Source: Roseibacillus sp. (GTDB taxonomy: Bacteria; Verrucomicrobiota; Verrucomicrobiia; Verrucomicrobiales; Akkermansiaceae). From it: 64,000 nt of DNA. Of this stretch, positions 49,756 to 59,372 are shown piece by piece (within the stretch, counting starts at the first letter, position 1; every line of letters starts with the position of its first letter). The notes under the pieces are model-generated. The model saw only the letters and a program-made list of their open reading frames with translations. It was not told the origin of the DNA and did no database searches. Made by a program: the position numbers and the translations under genes. Location: positions 32,001 to 96,000 of the forward strand of contig CBDEUM010000004.1 of assembly GCA_965242925.1 (NCBI GenBank), read 5' to 3'.

Positions 49756-50793
49756 CTACCGGGAACCCGGTCCGGGAAGGTCGAGGGAAGGATCTCCGGG
49801 CTGGACCTGTTCATCCCGGGGGGAGGCTCGGAGAGGAAATTTCAGGCGGTAATCCGGGAGGTTGATAAGAGGCGGGCGTTCTTCTTCCACGAGTTCGGTG
49901 GTGACTTCCTGATAGTGGGCTCCGCTGATTTCCAGAGCCCGGTAGATGTTGGAGATCTCAGCGGCGACGGCGACCTTGCCATCCTTGTGGAGCCGGCTGA
50001 GGAAAGACTGGAGAATCCCGAAGGACATCCTTCCGAGGGCGGCGGTGGATTGGTTGCGATGCACTCTTCGTTCGAGATTAACCTGTGCGAATGCGCCCAT
50101 GCCCCAGTGAGTGTAAACATCCAGAATGTGCGAGGTCTCCACGCCATAACCAATCGGGAAGGGGATCCTCTCAAGGAGGTTGCGGCGGACGGCATACTCA
50201 CCGGAAAGAGGTTGGAAGAGCTGGGTCAGTTCCGGATAGAAGAGTGAAAAGAGCGGGCGGACGAGGATCTCGGTGACCCGGCCCCCGCCGCTGTTCCGGA
50301 TGTCCCCGGCAGGTTGGACGATCGGGCGTTCGTAGAAGGCCTTCACGTAGCCTATGTCCTCATTCCGGATCAGGGGGGCGATAAGTCCGTAGACAAAGCG
50401 CGGGTGGATGTTGGCGATGTCGGCATCCACGTAGCAGATGATGTCGCCCTGGAGCTGGTAGACCGCCTTCCAGAGGTTTTCACCCTTGCCGCGGTTGAAG
50501 CCATGGGAAGGGAGGATGTCGGCGGAGTGGTAGAAGTCGGCACCGTAGGAGGTGGCGATTTCCGCCGTGCGATCGGTCGAACCGGAATCAATGACGGCCA
50601 ACTCGTCAACGAGCGGGAAGCGATCCATGAGCTCGCTCTTGAGGACCACGATTACCTTCCCGATGGTTGTTTCCTCGTTAAGAGTGGGTATGCAGAGCGA
50701 GATGCGCAGGCCGGATCTCTCCTTGGCCCGGCACAGGATTTCCAGATCAGCGAATTCCTGGTGATGGAAAGTGTGAGACTTCAGCCAGGACAC
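49756..50793 (-). CDS. gpgS: Glucosyl-3-phosphoglycerate synthase
   Basis: PTLNEE.TIG, VIDSGSTD, GKGENLW, YVDAD, GGRVTE, QPLSGEYA, GYGVE, R.HRNQ, LGRMS. Confidence 0.9.
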   Translation of the reverse strand: MSWLKSHTFHHQEFADLEILCRAKERSGLRISLCIPTLNEETTIGKVIVVLKSELMDRFPLVDELAVIDSGSTDRTAEIATSYGADFYHSADILPSHGFNRGKGENLWKAVYQLQGDIICYVDADIANIHPRFVYGLIAPLIRNEDIGYVKAFYERPIVQPAGDIRNSGGGRVTEILVRPLFSLFYPELTQLFQPLSGEYAVRRNLLERIPFPIGYGVETSHILDVYTHWGMGAFAQVNLERRVHRNQSTAALGRMSFGILQSFLSRLHKDGKVAVAAEISNIYRALEISGAHYQEVTTELVEEERPPLINLPDYRLKFPLRASPRDEQVQPGDPSLDLPGPGSR

Positions 50794-50841
50794 GGGCAGT
50801 GGGGAGGAAGGCGCAGGCCGGCGGTCCTGGGCGGGATCACG

Positions 50842-51906
50842 TCACTTGGAGCGAACACAGCGGAATCCGGTGTGATTGGTGGGCGAGAGGGACTCCGAGT
50901 AGTGCCGGGCGGCCGGTCGATAGCGCAGGCAGTAGGTGTGGTGGCAGAGATGAGATCCTCCCTTGGTGACCCAGAGCCAGGCCAGTCGGTGGAAAGGTTT
51001 CTCGGCGGGATAGGCCTTGCTCTGGAGAAATTCCTGTACCATGGGCTGGCTTACCGGGTTGTCGGGGCCCTTGGGATTGGCCTTTGGTTCCGGGAGTTTG
51101 ACGAAGGTTGCGTAGTAGTCCGGTCGATAGAGATCAGCGCAGTGCTCCCATACATTTCCGGCCATGTCGTAGAGTCCGTAGGAGTTCGGGGGGAAGGATT
51201 TTGCGGGTGAGGTGCCCGGGAAACCGTCTTTGGCGGTGTTGATGTTCGGAAATTCCCCCTGGAACACGTTGGCCAGCCATTTCCCCCCGAGCTGCGGCTC
51301 GTCACCCCACATGAAAAGTTTGTGATTAAGGCCTCCCCGGGCCGCGCGTTCCCATTCGGCCTCGGTGGGAAGCCGCTTTCCGGCCCATTTGCAATAGGCA
51401 AGCGCGTCTTCGTGAGTGACGCAGACCACTGGATGACTCATCCGGTCCTTGATGCTGGAAGCCGGACCCTGCGGATGCCGCCAGTTGGCGCCCTGTATGA
51501 ATTGCCACCACTGCCACTCGGCACCGGGACGAAACAGCTCCACCTTGGCGCGAGGAGACTTGAAAAGAAGTGCTCCGCCCTTGAGTTGATCGGGAGGAGC
51601 GTCGGGAAAATCCTTGGGATCCCAGCCACGCTCGGCCTGGGTCTGGTAGCCGGTCGCCTTGGCGAATTCCATGAACTGGCGGTTGGTGACTTCGGTGAGA
51701 TCCATCCAGAACCCGTCTACCGTCACGGAATGAACGGGGGCCTCTTCCGGATATTCGGCTCGGGTCTGCTTGAATTTATGGTCTGATCCCCGGGTGAAGG
51801 TGCCCCCGGGAATCCAGACCATGCCCTCCGGGGCGGGCTTTTCCTGTCCAGGGGAAGAGGACGCGCCGAGGCCGAGCAGAAGCAGGGAAAGGATGGGGGT
51901 GCGCAT
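50842..51906 (-). CDS. Formylglycine-generating enzyme (SUMF1/FGE-sulfatase) family protein
   Basis: RLPTEAEWE, NSYGLYDMAGNVWE, KGGSHLC...YCLRYR, GFRC; signal peptide. Confidence 0.92.
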   Translation of the reverse strand: MRTPILSLLLLGLGASSSPGQEKPAPEGMVWIPGGTFTRGSDHKFKQTRAEYPEEAPVHSVTVDGFWMDLTEVTNRQFMEFAKATGYQTQAERGWDPKDFPDAPPDQLKGGALLFKSPRAKVELFRPGAEWQWWQFIQGANWRHPQGPASSIKDRMSHPVVCVTHEDALAYCKWAGKRLPTEAEWERAARGGLNHKLFMWGDEPQLGGKWLANVFQGEFPNINTAKDGFPGTSPAKSFPPNSYGLYDMAGNVWEHCADLYRPDYYATFVKLPEPKANPKGPDNPVSQPMVQEFLQSKAYPAEKPFHRLAWLWVTKGGSHLCHHTYCLRYRPAARHYSESLSPTNHTGFRCVRSK

Positions 51907-51953
51907 TGTGGTTTGGCTTTCTGTGAATAAATGATCATTTTCACGCACTGGCT

Positions 51954-52727
51954 ATGACCAAATTTCGGCCATGCATTGACCTGCACGACGGTAAGGTGAA
52001 GCAGATCGTGGGGGGATCTTTTCGTGATGACGGTTCCGCACCGGAGGAAAATTTCGTCTCCGGGCAGGATGCCGGCTGGTTTGCCGGGAAATTCCGGAAG
52101 GATGATCTGGCGGGCGGGCATGTCATCATGCTTGGACCAGGGAATGAAGAGGCCGCCCGCCGGGCGCTGGCAGAGTGGCCCGGAGGTCTTCAGGTGGGTG
52201 GCGGAATCACGCTGGTGAATGCGGCCGCCTGGCTGGAGGCAGGAGCCAGTCATGTCATTGTCACTTCGTGGCTCTTTGATGAAGAGGGTCGATTTCTTCC
52301 GGAGCGTCTCCGAGCGCTCTCACGCGAGATCGGGGCGGAACGGATCGTGGTGGACCTGAGTTCACGCCGCAGGGCCGGCGGGTGGACGGTTGCGATGAAT
52401 CGGTGGCAGACCCTCACCGATCTGGAGATCACCACTCAACTGCTTGACCGTCTGGGAGGTGACTGTGCGGAGTTCCTGGTGCACGCCGCCGACGTGGAAG
52501 GAAAGTGTGAGGGGATCGATGCTGATCTGGTCGAACTTCTCGGGTCATGGGGAGGGAGACCCATGACCTATGCCGGAGGGGTGGCGAACATGAGCGATCT
52601 CAAACTGGTGGAAGAGGGCAGCGGCGGCAGGGTCGACGTGACGGTTGGGAGTGCCTTGGACCTTTTTGGTGGAAGCGGAATCACATATAAGCAGTTGAGG
52701 GCCTGGAATACGGGCGAACGCGAATGA
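51954..52727 (+). CDS. hisA: ProFAR isomerase, HIS6 (eukaryote-like) type
   Basis: FRPCIDLHDGKVKQIVG, LQVGGGI, HAADVEG, TYAGG, TVGSALDLFGG. Confidence 0.92.
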   Translation: MTKFRPCIDLHDGKVKQIVGGSFRDDGSAPEENFVSGQDAGWFAGKFRKDDLAGGHVIMLGPGNEEAARRALAEWPGGLQVGGGITLVNAAAWLEAGASHVIVTSWLFDEEGRFLPERLRALSREIGAERIVVDLSSRRRAGGWTVAMNRWQTLTDLEITTQLLDRLGGDCAEFLVHAADVEGKCEGIDADLVELLGSWGGRPMTYAGGVANMSDLKLVEEGSGGRVDVTVGSALDLFGGSGITYKQLRAWNTGERE

Positions 52728-53527
52728 AGGCATTTGGAGTAATCATCGTTATCATGGTAGTGGTCCTGCTGGTGGGCGGAGTTCATCGCAGGATGAGAAA
52801 CCGTCGCCGGGGTGAGGTGCGGGCCATGCTCCTGGGCGAAGAGGAACGGGCCCTCCTTCACGAGAAGGTTCCGCTTTATGCGCGCATGCCGGTTGGCCTC
52901 CAGCATAAGCTCGAAGGATTGGCCCAGGGCTTCATCCACGAGATTGGATTCGAACCCTGCGGACATCTGGACGAAGTGACTCCTGAGATGCAGTTGATCA
53001 TTGCGTCTCAGGCCTGCCTCTTGCTGCTGGAAAGCGGCTACGACCACTTCGGCCGGTTGCGCAGTGTGCTGATCTATCCCGATGCCTATCAGGTCCGGGA
53101 CGAAATGGGGGTGGAGAGCATACGACTGGGCGAGAGCTGGCGGAATGGAAGTGTCGTGCTCTCGTGGGAGAGTGTGCGGCAGGGATCCAGGAATCCGGAG
53201 GACGGACGGAACGTCGTCCTCCATGAGTTTGCCCACCAACTGGATCAATTTGACGGGCGGGCCGATGGGCTCCCGGTATTGAAGAGTCGGAGTGATTATC
53301 CGGAATGGACCGAGGCGATGAGGGCCTCTTATCAAAAGCTGCGGACAAGGGTGGAGAGGGGAGCCCGGACGGTCCTGGACGATTACGGGGCCACGAATCC
53401 CGCCGAGTTCTTTGCGGTTGCCACGGAGACTTTTTTTGAGAAGCCCAGGCAACTGGGGAGGGAGCACCAGGGTCTCTACGAGCAAATGAAACGCTTCTAC
53501 GGTCTCGATCCTCTTGAGTGGGAGTAA
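52724..53527 (+). CDS. MtfA-like zinc-dependent peptidase (M90)
   Basis: NVVLHEFAHQLD, YGATNPAEFFAVATETFFE. Confidence 0.92.
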   Translation: MKAFGVIIVIMVVVLLVGGVHRRMRNRRRGEVRAMLLGEEERALLHEKVPLYARMPVGLQHKLEGLAQGFIHEIGFEPCGHLDEVTPEMQLIIASQACLLLLESGYDHFGRLRSVLIYPDAYQVRDEMGVESIRLGESWRNGSVVLSWESVRQGSRNPEDGRNVVLHEFAHQLDQFDGRADGLPVLKSRSDYPEWTEAMRASYQKLRTRVERGARTVLDDYGATNPAEFFAVATETFFEKPRQLGREHQGLYEQMKRFYGLDPLEWE

Positions 53528-53621
53528 CTTGTCGGATCGAAAGGGTCTTCCTGGAAGAGAATCAGAGATTCCCGGCTTGATTTAGTTAACTTTTCTTAAT
53601 ATTCTTTTCCGGAATTGCGAG

Positions 53622-54719
53622 ATGAGTGACGCCGCCCCCCCCTTGGAACCAGACCCCTTTGAAGAAACCCTCGCTCCCCTCCCGACCAAGGAGGACGAGG
53701 ATAGTGTAGAGACAAGCAAGCCGAAGGCTGTTACCGCGGAGGCTTCGCCGGAAGGGAGTCAGCACGGTGAGGGCGTGGAGCCTGGGCAGGGGCGCAGATC
53801 GAATGTCCTGGCCCGGGTGGAACGCCTTGACCGGGACGCAGAGGATGCCGCGGAGACGACGATTCCAACCGGACCCCGGTGGAAGTTCTGGAAACGTCCT
53901 AATAAACGTGACCGGCAACTCGATACATTGCGACAGGGCGCGACCGAAATGGTCGGCCTGCTGAGATCCATCCGCGATCGTCTTGAAGGTGAGCACAGCG
54001 ATCGCAAGGGGTTGATGAAGACCCTCACGCCTCTCCCCGTTGCAGTGGAGAGCCTTCAATCGATGAGCGAGTGCCAGGCCGAGACCGGTCGCACCTTGAC
54101 GGGATTGAGGAAGACCCTTGAGCAAAGGGCGGAAAAGGATGGTCTGATGATACGTTCCCTGGATCGGATGGGGCACACGATGACGCACGTGGAGGAGACT
54201 TTCGAGAAACTTGGGAAAACTCTTACCGGGATGGATCAGGCCAACCAGCTCAGCGCCAAGAATATGGAGTTGCTCGGTGAACGCGTTTCGGATTCCGGGC
54301 GCTTCATGAACGAGTCATTCGTTCAACTGCGGGAAGCTGAACGGGATTTCACCAATTACCTGTCCCGGACTTCACGCCGCAGTGGCATGGCAATGGTAGC
54401 GGTTTGCAGTCTTCTGGTCGTGTCCGTGGTGGCGGTAGGATTCATGTTCCGGGAGAATCGAAACCTGTTGACCGCGGTCCAGCAGAACGGGTCGCTCGTG
54501 GTTCAGGTTCCTCGGAATGAACCCAAGGCCGAAGCATCCCACAGACTGGCGCTTTTTGATGAGCAACTGAGACAGGTTGATGACGGGATCCAGGAGCCCG
54601 ATCGTGAAATCGTGACGAAACCAGGGGATCTGGAGGCTGGCAGGGCGGAAGAGGTTGTTCCTGTGGACACGGAGGCCACCGGGTTGCTCTCCATACGCAA
54701 ACCGCCTCCCAGGGAGTAG
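53622..54719 (+). CDS. Hypothetical coiled-coil protein with one TM helix
   Basis: Acidic N-terminus, long heptad-rich region, TM MAMVAVCSLLVVSVVAVGFMF. Confidence 0.75.
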   Translation: MSDAAPPLEPDPFEETLAPLPTKEDEDSVETSKPKAVTAEASPEGSQHGEGVEPGQGRRSNVLARVERLDRDAEDAAETTIPTGPRWKFWKRPNKRDRQLDTLRQGATEMVGLLRSIRDRLEGEHSDRKGLMKTLTPLPVAVESLQSMSECQAETGRTLTGLRKTLEQRAEKDGLMIRSLDRMGHTMTHVEETFEKLGKTLTGMDQANQLSAKNMELLGERVSDSGRFMNESFVQLREAERDFTNYLSRTSRRSGMAMVAVCSLLVVSVVAVGFMFRENRNLLTAVQQNGSLVVQVPRNEPKAEASHRLALFDEQLRQVDDGIQEPDREIVTKPGDLEAGRAEEVVPVDTEATGLLSIRKPPPRE

Positions 54720-54792
54720 TCGCCTTCGTGATCCGGTATGCGGGCTTCCGGCTTCCGGTTTCCCACCAGTTGGGGTAAAAAAGGAGGAGCGC

Positions 54793-55320
54793 ATGTGGTA
54801 TTACCTGCAAAACGGCCAGCAAGTGGGACCGGTTTCGAAGGAAGAGTTACAGGGACTTCTTCAGAGGCAGTCCCTTCCGGTGACCACCGGGATCTGGAGC
54901 AGGGGCATGCCGGAATGGGTGCCCGCCAACCAGGTGGCCGAGGTGATGGCGGGTGTAAGCGGTGGGTATATACCGCAACCTGTTGCTGGTGGCGCTTATA
55001 CGAGGGTTTCTGGACCTGCTCCCTGCGGGATGGCGATCGCCAGCATGGTCCTGGGAATCATAGGTGTGCTAGGGGCGGTGATCCTCACCTCAGTTCCCGC
55101 GATCATATGCGGCCATATCGCACGTCGACAGATTCGAGATGCGGAAGGACGGGTAGGGGGAGAGGGAATGTCTCTGACGGGGTTGATCCTCGGCTATATG
55201 GTAACGGTGCTGAGCGTGCTTGCGATTGGGTTCGTTATCGTGATGATGTGGGTTGTAGTGGATGCGGCGGCCAGTTATCCGTCAACTCCCACTCCTGCGC
55301 CTCTTCCGTCCGCGCCGTAA
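54793..55320 (+). CDS. GYF_2 (DUF4339) + DUF4190 membrane protein
   Basis: MWYY...QVGPVS...IWSRGMPEW; MAIASMVLG...GHIARRQI...G.GMSLTGLILGY; AGGAGG RBS at 54782-54787. Confidence 0.9.
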   Translation: MWYYLQNGQQVGPVSKEELQGLLQRQSLPVTTGIWSRGMPEWVPANQVAEVMAGVSGGYIPQPVAGGAYTRVSGPAPCGMAIASMVLGIIGVLGAVILTSVPAIICGHIARRQIRDAEGRVGGEGMSLTGLILGYMVTVLSVLAIGFVIVMMWVVVDAAASYPSTPTPAPLPSAP

Positions 55321-55324
55321 GGAT

Positions 55325-55345
55325 AACCCCTTGGGGGTTCTTTCT
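55325..55345 (+). terminator. Hairpin AACCCC-TTG-GGGGTT followed by CTTTCT
   Basis: Short stem-loop immediately after the stop at 55320. Confidence 0.4.
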
Positions 55346-55404
55346 CAGCGGCGTGGAAGGTCTTGACAAGCGATCCTCCCGAAGTGGATTAATTATGGCA
55401 GGCG

Positions 55405-55929
55405 ATGGAATGGTATTACGCGAAAAACAACAGGCAGGAAGGACCGGTGTCTGGCGCGACGCTCAAGAGCATGATTGTGTCGGGAGAGATTGCTTCTGCC
55501 GACCTGGTCTGGCAGGAGGGTATGGCTGAATGGAGGCCCGCAGCTGAGATCAATGATTTCGAGTCTGCGGGAGTTGTTGAGCCTGCGGGAATTGTGGCCC
55601 CTCCAGGCGGTTCCCAGATTCCGCAGACCCTTCCACCGGGTGTCCCCGGTGGGCAGATTCCTCCCGCGGCCCCTCCAAACAATTCCTCGGCCATTGCCAG
55701 CATGATATGCGGGATTGTAGGATTGTTCTCTCCATGCCTTTGTGGGTTTCCCGTGATCGCCTCAATTGTAGCGATCATAATGGGACATGTGGCCCGGGGT
55801 GAGATACGGAAGGCAGGAGGCATGCAGGGGGGCGATGGGATGGCCTTGGCGGGGCTTATCCTGGGCTATGTGGGAATAGGTCTATTTGTTGGGGGAATTG
55901 CATTTACGTTGTTGATGGAGGTTTCCTGA
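55405..55929 (+). CDS. GYF_2 + DUF4190 membrane protein
   Basis: WYY...QEGPVS...[18 protein letters not shown]...GHVARGEI...[13 protein letters not shown]. Confidence 0.9.
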   Translation: MEWYYAKNNRQEGPVSGATLKSMIVSGEIASADLVWQEGMAEWRPAAEINDFESAGVVEPAGIVAPPGGSQIPQTLPPGVPGGQIPPAAPPNNSSAIASMICGIVGLFSPCLCGFPVIASIVAIIMGHVARGEIRKAGGMQGGDGMALAGLILGYVGIGLFVGGIAFTLLMEVS

Positions 55930-56199
55930 CGGTTTCTCGGGAACTCCTGATAACGGCGGACAGGCGGCGACTGATCACGAGAGACCCTGGGCAGCGGGGG
56001 CGAGAAGCGGAGCAGGCCTTCTCGTGAAGGGACAGCAGGGCCGGGACTACGGCAGGGGGAATAACCGGACCAGGAGTTGCCCGGGGAGGGGCCCGATATC
56101 TTGCTGGCTCCAGCCCGGGTTCGTCAGTATTAATCAGTGCGCGACTGGGGTGGCTGTGAACTAGTTGAGTCTCGTCGCCTGAAACAAACAGACAGGAAA

Positions 56200-56715
56200 A
56201 TGGAGTGGTTCTACGCGAAGAATGGAAATCAGGAAGGACCGGTGTCCGGTGCAACCCTCAAGAGCATGATTGTGTCGGGAGAGATCGCCTCCACCGACCT
56301 GGTCTGGCGGGAAGGGATGGCCGACTGGAGCCCCGCAGCGACGATCAATGATTTTGAGTCTGCCGGAGTTGTTGAGTCTGCCGGGATCGTGGCTCCTCCG
56401 GGCGGTTCCCAGATCCCCCAGGGAGGTGTTCCGCAACCGGGGCAGGTGCCGGGGACTCCGGTAGCACACGCGCCGATTTCAAACTACCTCGTCCCGGCGA
56501 TCCTGGTGACGATTTTCTGCTGCTGGCCCTTCGGGATCCCGGCGATTGTTTTTGCGGCTAAGGTGGATGGCCTGGTCTCGCGTGGTGACATTGCGGGTGC
56601 GTTGGAGGCTTCCAGGAAGGCCAAGACCTGGACGTGGGTCTCCTTTGGCTGCGGGCTCGGTTCCATATTGCTATACGTTCTGGTTATGACGATCGGGATC
56701 GGCGCGGGACTGTGA
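56200..56715 (+). CDS. GYF_2 + CD225/dispanin membrane protein
   Basis: Same GYF_2 N-terminus; NYLVPAILVTIFCCWPFGIPAIVFAAKV...GDIAGALEASRKAKTW. Confidence 0.9.
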   Translation: MEWFYAKNGNQEGPVSGATLKSMIVSGEIASTDLVWREGMADWSPAATINDFESAGVVESAGIVAPPGGSQIPQGGVPQPGQVPGTPVAHAPISNYLVPAILVTIFCCWPFGIPAIVFAAKVDGLVSRGDIAGALEASRKAKTWTWVSFGCGLGSILLYVLVMTIGIGAGL

Positions 56716-57125
56716 GACCGCGCCTGGCATTGCTGCTGGCACTGGGGGTTCTGGGTCTGCTGGGGCTCTGCTATATCCGGGGAAATGATCCGGAGGCAGG
56801 GGAAGCCTATTTCCCGAGGTGCATATTCCGGGAGGTCACCGGATTGCATTGCGCCGGGTGCGGCGCGACCAGGGCGGCCCATGCCTTGGCTAATCTCGAA
56901 CCAGGGGAGGCCTTCCGGAAGAATCCCCTGCTGATGATCCTGCTTCCCTTCCTGGTTATCGGGGTAGTGCTGGAATCGACGGCATGGGTGATCGGGGAAG
57001 GTTACCGTGGGCCCCGGGTGCGATTGCCGGGGCAGTTGGCGTGGTCCCTGCCGGTGGTCATCGTCGCATTCTGGATCCTCCGGAACATCCCGGGGTGGCC
57101 CTTCGAACTGCTGGCCCCCCGCTAG
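56712..57125 (+). CDS. DUF2752 membrane protein
   Basis: PRCIFREVTGLHCAGCGATRA...AFRKNP; GTG start overlaps the upstream TGA (GTGA). Confidence 0.9.
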   Translation: MRPRLALLLALGVLGLLGLCYIRGNDPEAGEAYFPRCIFREVTGLHCAGCGATRAAHALANLEPGEAFRKNPLLMILLPFLVIGVVLESTAWVIGEGYRGPRVRLPGQLAWSLPVVIVAFWILRNIPGWPFELLAPR

Positions 57126-57134
57126 GTGCTGAAA

Positions 57135-57731
57135 TCAGGATGGACCGTTCTGGCGTCCGAGGCTCTCGACATACTTGGCCAGGATGTCCGCTTCCAGATT
57201 GACCCGCTGGCCGGGACGGGCTGACTGGAGGTTGGTGGCCTCGAAGGTATGAGGCGTGATCCAGAAGAGGGCGGATTTTTCCCGGAGTTCGGCAATGGTC
57301 AGGGAGATCCCGTCCACTGCCAGGGAGCCGCGGGGAATGCAGTAGCGCATCACGTCCGGGGGGAGCGTCACTTCGTAGCGGTGGTCCTGGCCGTGGGAAG
57401 AAAGATCGATGATTTCACCGGTGCCGTCGACGTGTCCCTGCACGAAATGTCCACCAAGACGTCCGTCTGCCGGGAGGGCCCGCTCCAGGTTGACCAGATC
57501 ACCGTTCCGCAGGCCGTCCAGCGAGGTGACCGAGAGGGTCTGGGTAAGGACGTCAAATCCGGCAGTGCCGCCCTCCTGGTGCGCCACCGTGAGGCAGCAT
57601 CCGTTGATGGACACGCTTTCCCCGATGGCGAGGGAATCCGCGGAGGGAACCTCAACCACCAGACGGGCCTGCTCATCAAGCGTTTCAAGCGAGGCGACGT
57701 GCCCGGTTGCTTCGACCAGTCCCGTGAACAT
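57135..57731 (-). CDS. ribE: Riboflavin synthase (alpha chain)
   Basis: MFTGLVE, NGCCLTV, VNLERAL, GGHFVQGHVD, VNLEAD. Symbol is ribE or ribC depending on nomenclature. Confidence 0.95.
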   Translation of the reverse strand: MFTGLVEATGHVASLETLDEQARLVVEVPSADSLAIGESVSINGCCLTVAHQEGGTAGFDVLTQTLSVTSLDGLRNGDLVNLERALPADGRLGGHFVQGHVDGTGEIIDLSSHGQDHRYEVTLPPDVMRYCIPRGSLAVDGISLTIAELREKSALFWITPHTFEATNLQSARPGQRVNLEADILAKYVESLGRQNGPS

Positions 57732-57740
57732 AGGCGATGG

Positions 57741-59372
57741 TTATAGGAGCATGAATGCCATCCCGACGATGACCGTGGGCACGAGGGCAGCAAGAGCGAG
57801 TTTGGCAGGGGAAACGCCCCCCTGGAAGAACCGGCCCAGGATGGCCTGGCCGGCTGGATTCGGGGCATTGGCGATCACGGTGAGTCCCCCGCCCGTGACG
57901 GCACCGGCAACGACGGCATACTTGGCGGCGTCGGTCAGCTGGGGGGCCTGGGAGGCGAGGTAGGTGACCGCTGCATTGTCGTTGAAGGCAGTAAGGGTGG
58001 CCGCTCCGCTCATGAGAATCCACTCATTATGAAAGGTGGTGAGGAGGAGCTCAATCCACCAACCCTGGCATCCGCCGTGTACCACCAGCCCGGCCAGGAA
58101 ACATCCCACCAGGAGGGGCATGCGCATCCTGACGTCGTTCTGGTGGTGACCGGTAGCCTCGGTGAAACCCAGGAGGATGAGGAATCCGCCGAGGAAAAGC
58201 GGGGGATAGTGTGCCATGAAGACCGTCCAGCCGAGGAAAAGAAGATGAATGGCGGTTATGACGGGAGGAATAGCATCCTCCCGATCCTCCCAGCGCGCGG
58301 GCTGATTCGGATCATGTAGGCTGGGAGGATTCTCAAGATCGGAGAATTGCCTGCGGAAGAGAAGGAAATAGAGGGAGTTGGAGAGGATGATGCCGAGGAT
58401 GGCCTTCCAGCCGAAGTTGGTGATCATGAACCCCATGTCCCAATCCCATCGTTCGGCCACCATGAGGACCGGAGGGGCGGCAAACTGGGTGAGGGTGCCA
58501 CCGACGGAGACGTTCACGAACAGAAGACCGATGGTGGCATAAGCGAAGGTGGAACTTGGTTTCAGGGAGTAGAACCTTTTGGCCAGCAGGAGGGCCGCAA
58601 TGGTCATGGCCGCCGGTTCGGTGATGAAGGAACCCAGGAGGGGAGTGAGGGTCAGGGTGGAGAACCACCACGCCGCCGGGGTGCCGCCGAAAAGGCAGGC
58701 CACCCTGTTGACACAGGCTTCAGAGAGCCGGATGACGGGTCGGGTGGCGGCGATGGCCATGATGACAATGACGAAGAGCGGTTCGGTGTAGGTGACGTCG
58801 TGACCGAGGTAGTGCTGGACCTCTCCGATTCCGTGCAGGAACCCGTTTCCGGGGGCGATGCCCTGGCACCAGACAACCGCTCCCGCGAGGGCGATGACCC
58901 AGATACCAAAGACAGCCTCAACCTCTCCCAGGGTATGGAAGAACCAGGCGCGGAAGGAGACGTCGTCCTTGGCGTCTTCCTCCGGTTTATCAACCGCCCT
59001 CCGCCTCTTCTCCTCGATCACCTTGCGGTGCCGGGCCTCATGGAGGTGAGCCCTTTCCTTGAAGACTCCCGAGAGGAAGGTGTGGAGAATGGCGCAGGCA
59101 AAGATGATGGTTGCGATCAGGTTGAAATGGTGCTGCGCAACTGCCCTTTTCCTGAGCTTTTCCCAGAGGGTGTTGTCCTTTCCTTCAAAGGCCACATGGT
59201 CGGGATCGGTGTAGGCCGGCAGGGGCAGGGGAAAATGGGCGTGCTGATCCTTCTCGAGCTTCCACTTCCCCCCCCTGGGGTAGGAGGGCTCCTGATCGCT
59301 GGCCGCGGAGGCAGGGCCCAGTCCTGAGAGGAGGATGAGGGCTAACAGGAGAAGGGCGCGCGCGCTGGTCAT
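57741..59372 (-). CDS. Putative Na+/H+ antiporter (DUF1504 family)
   Basis: GEVEAVFG, YTEPLFV, GSFITEPAAMT, DNAAVTYL, GGGLTVIANAPNPAG. Confidence 0.85.
   Translation of the reverse strand: MTSARALLLLALILLSGLGPASAASDQEPSYPRGGKWKLEKDQHAHFPLPLPAYTDPDHVAFEGKDNTLWEKLRKRAVAQHHFNLIATIIFACAILHTFLSGVFKERAHLHEARHRKVIEEKRRRAVDKPEEDAKDDVSFRAWFFHTLGEVEAVFGIWVIALAGAVVWCQGIAPGNGFLHGIGEVQHYLGHDVTYTEPLFVIVIMAIAATRPVIRLSEACVNRVACLFGGTPAAWWFSTLTLTPLLGSFITEPAAMTIAALLLAKRFYSLKPSSTFAYATIGLLFVNVSVGGTLTQFAAPPVLMVAERWDWDMGFMITNFGWKAILGIILSNSLYFLLFRRQFSDLENPPSLHDPNQPARWEDREDAIPPVITAIHLLFLGWTVFMAHYPPLFLGGFLILLGFTEATGHHQNDVRMRMPLLVGCFLAGLVVHGGCQGWWIELLLTTFHNEWILMSGAATLTAFNDNAAVTYLASQAPQLTDAAKYAVVAGAVTGGGLTVIANAPNPAGQAILGRFFQGGVSPAKLALAALVPTVIVGMAFMLL

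Noticed and set aside
55323..55336. T7 terminator / vector contamination (ATAACCCCTTGGGG)
   Set aside because: The match is only 14 nt and does not continue into the rest of the T7 terminator; it forms its own local hairpin.
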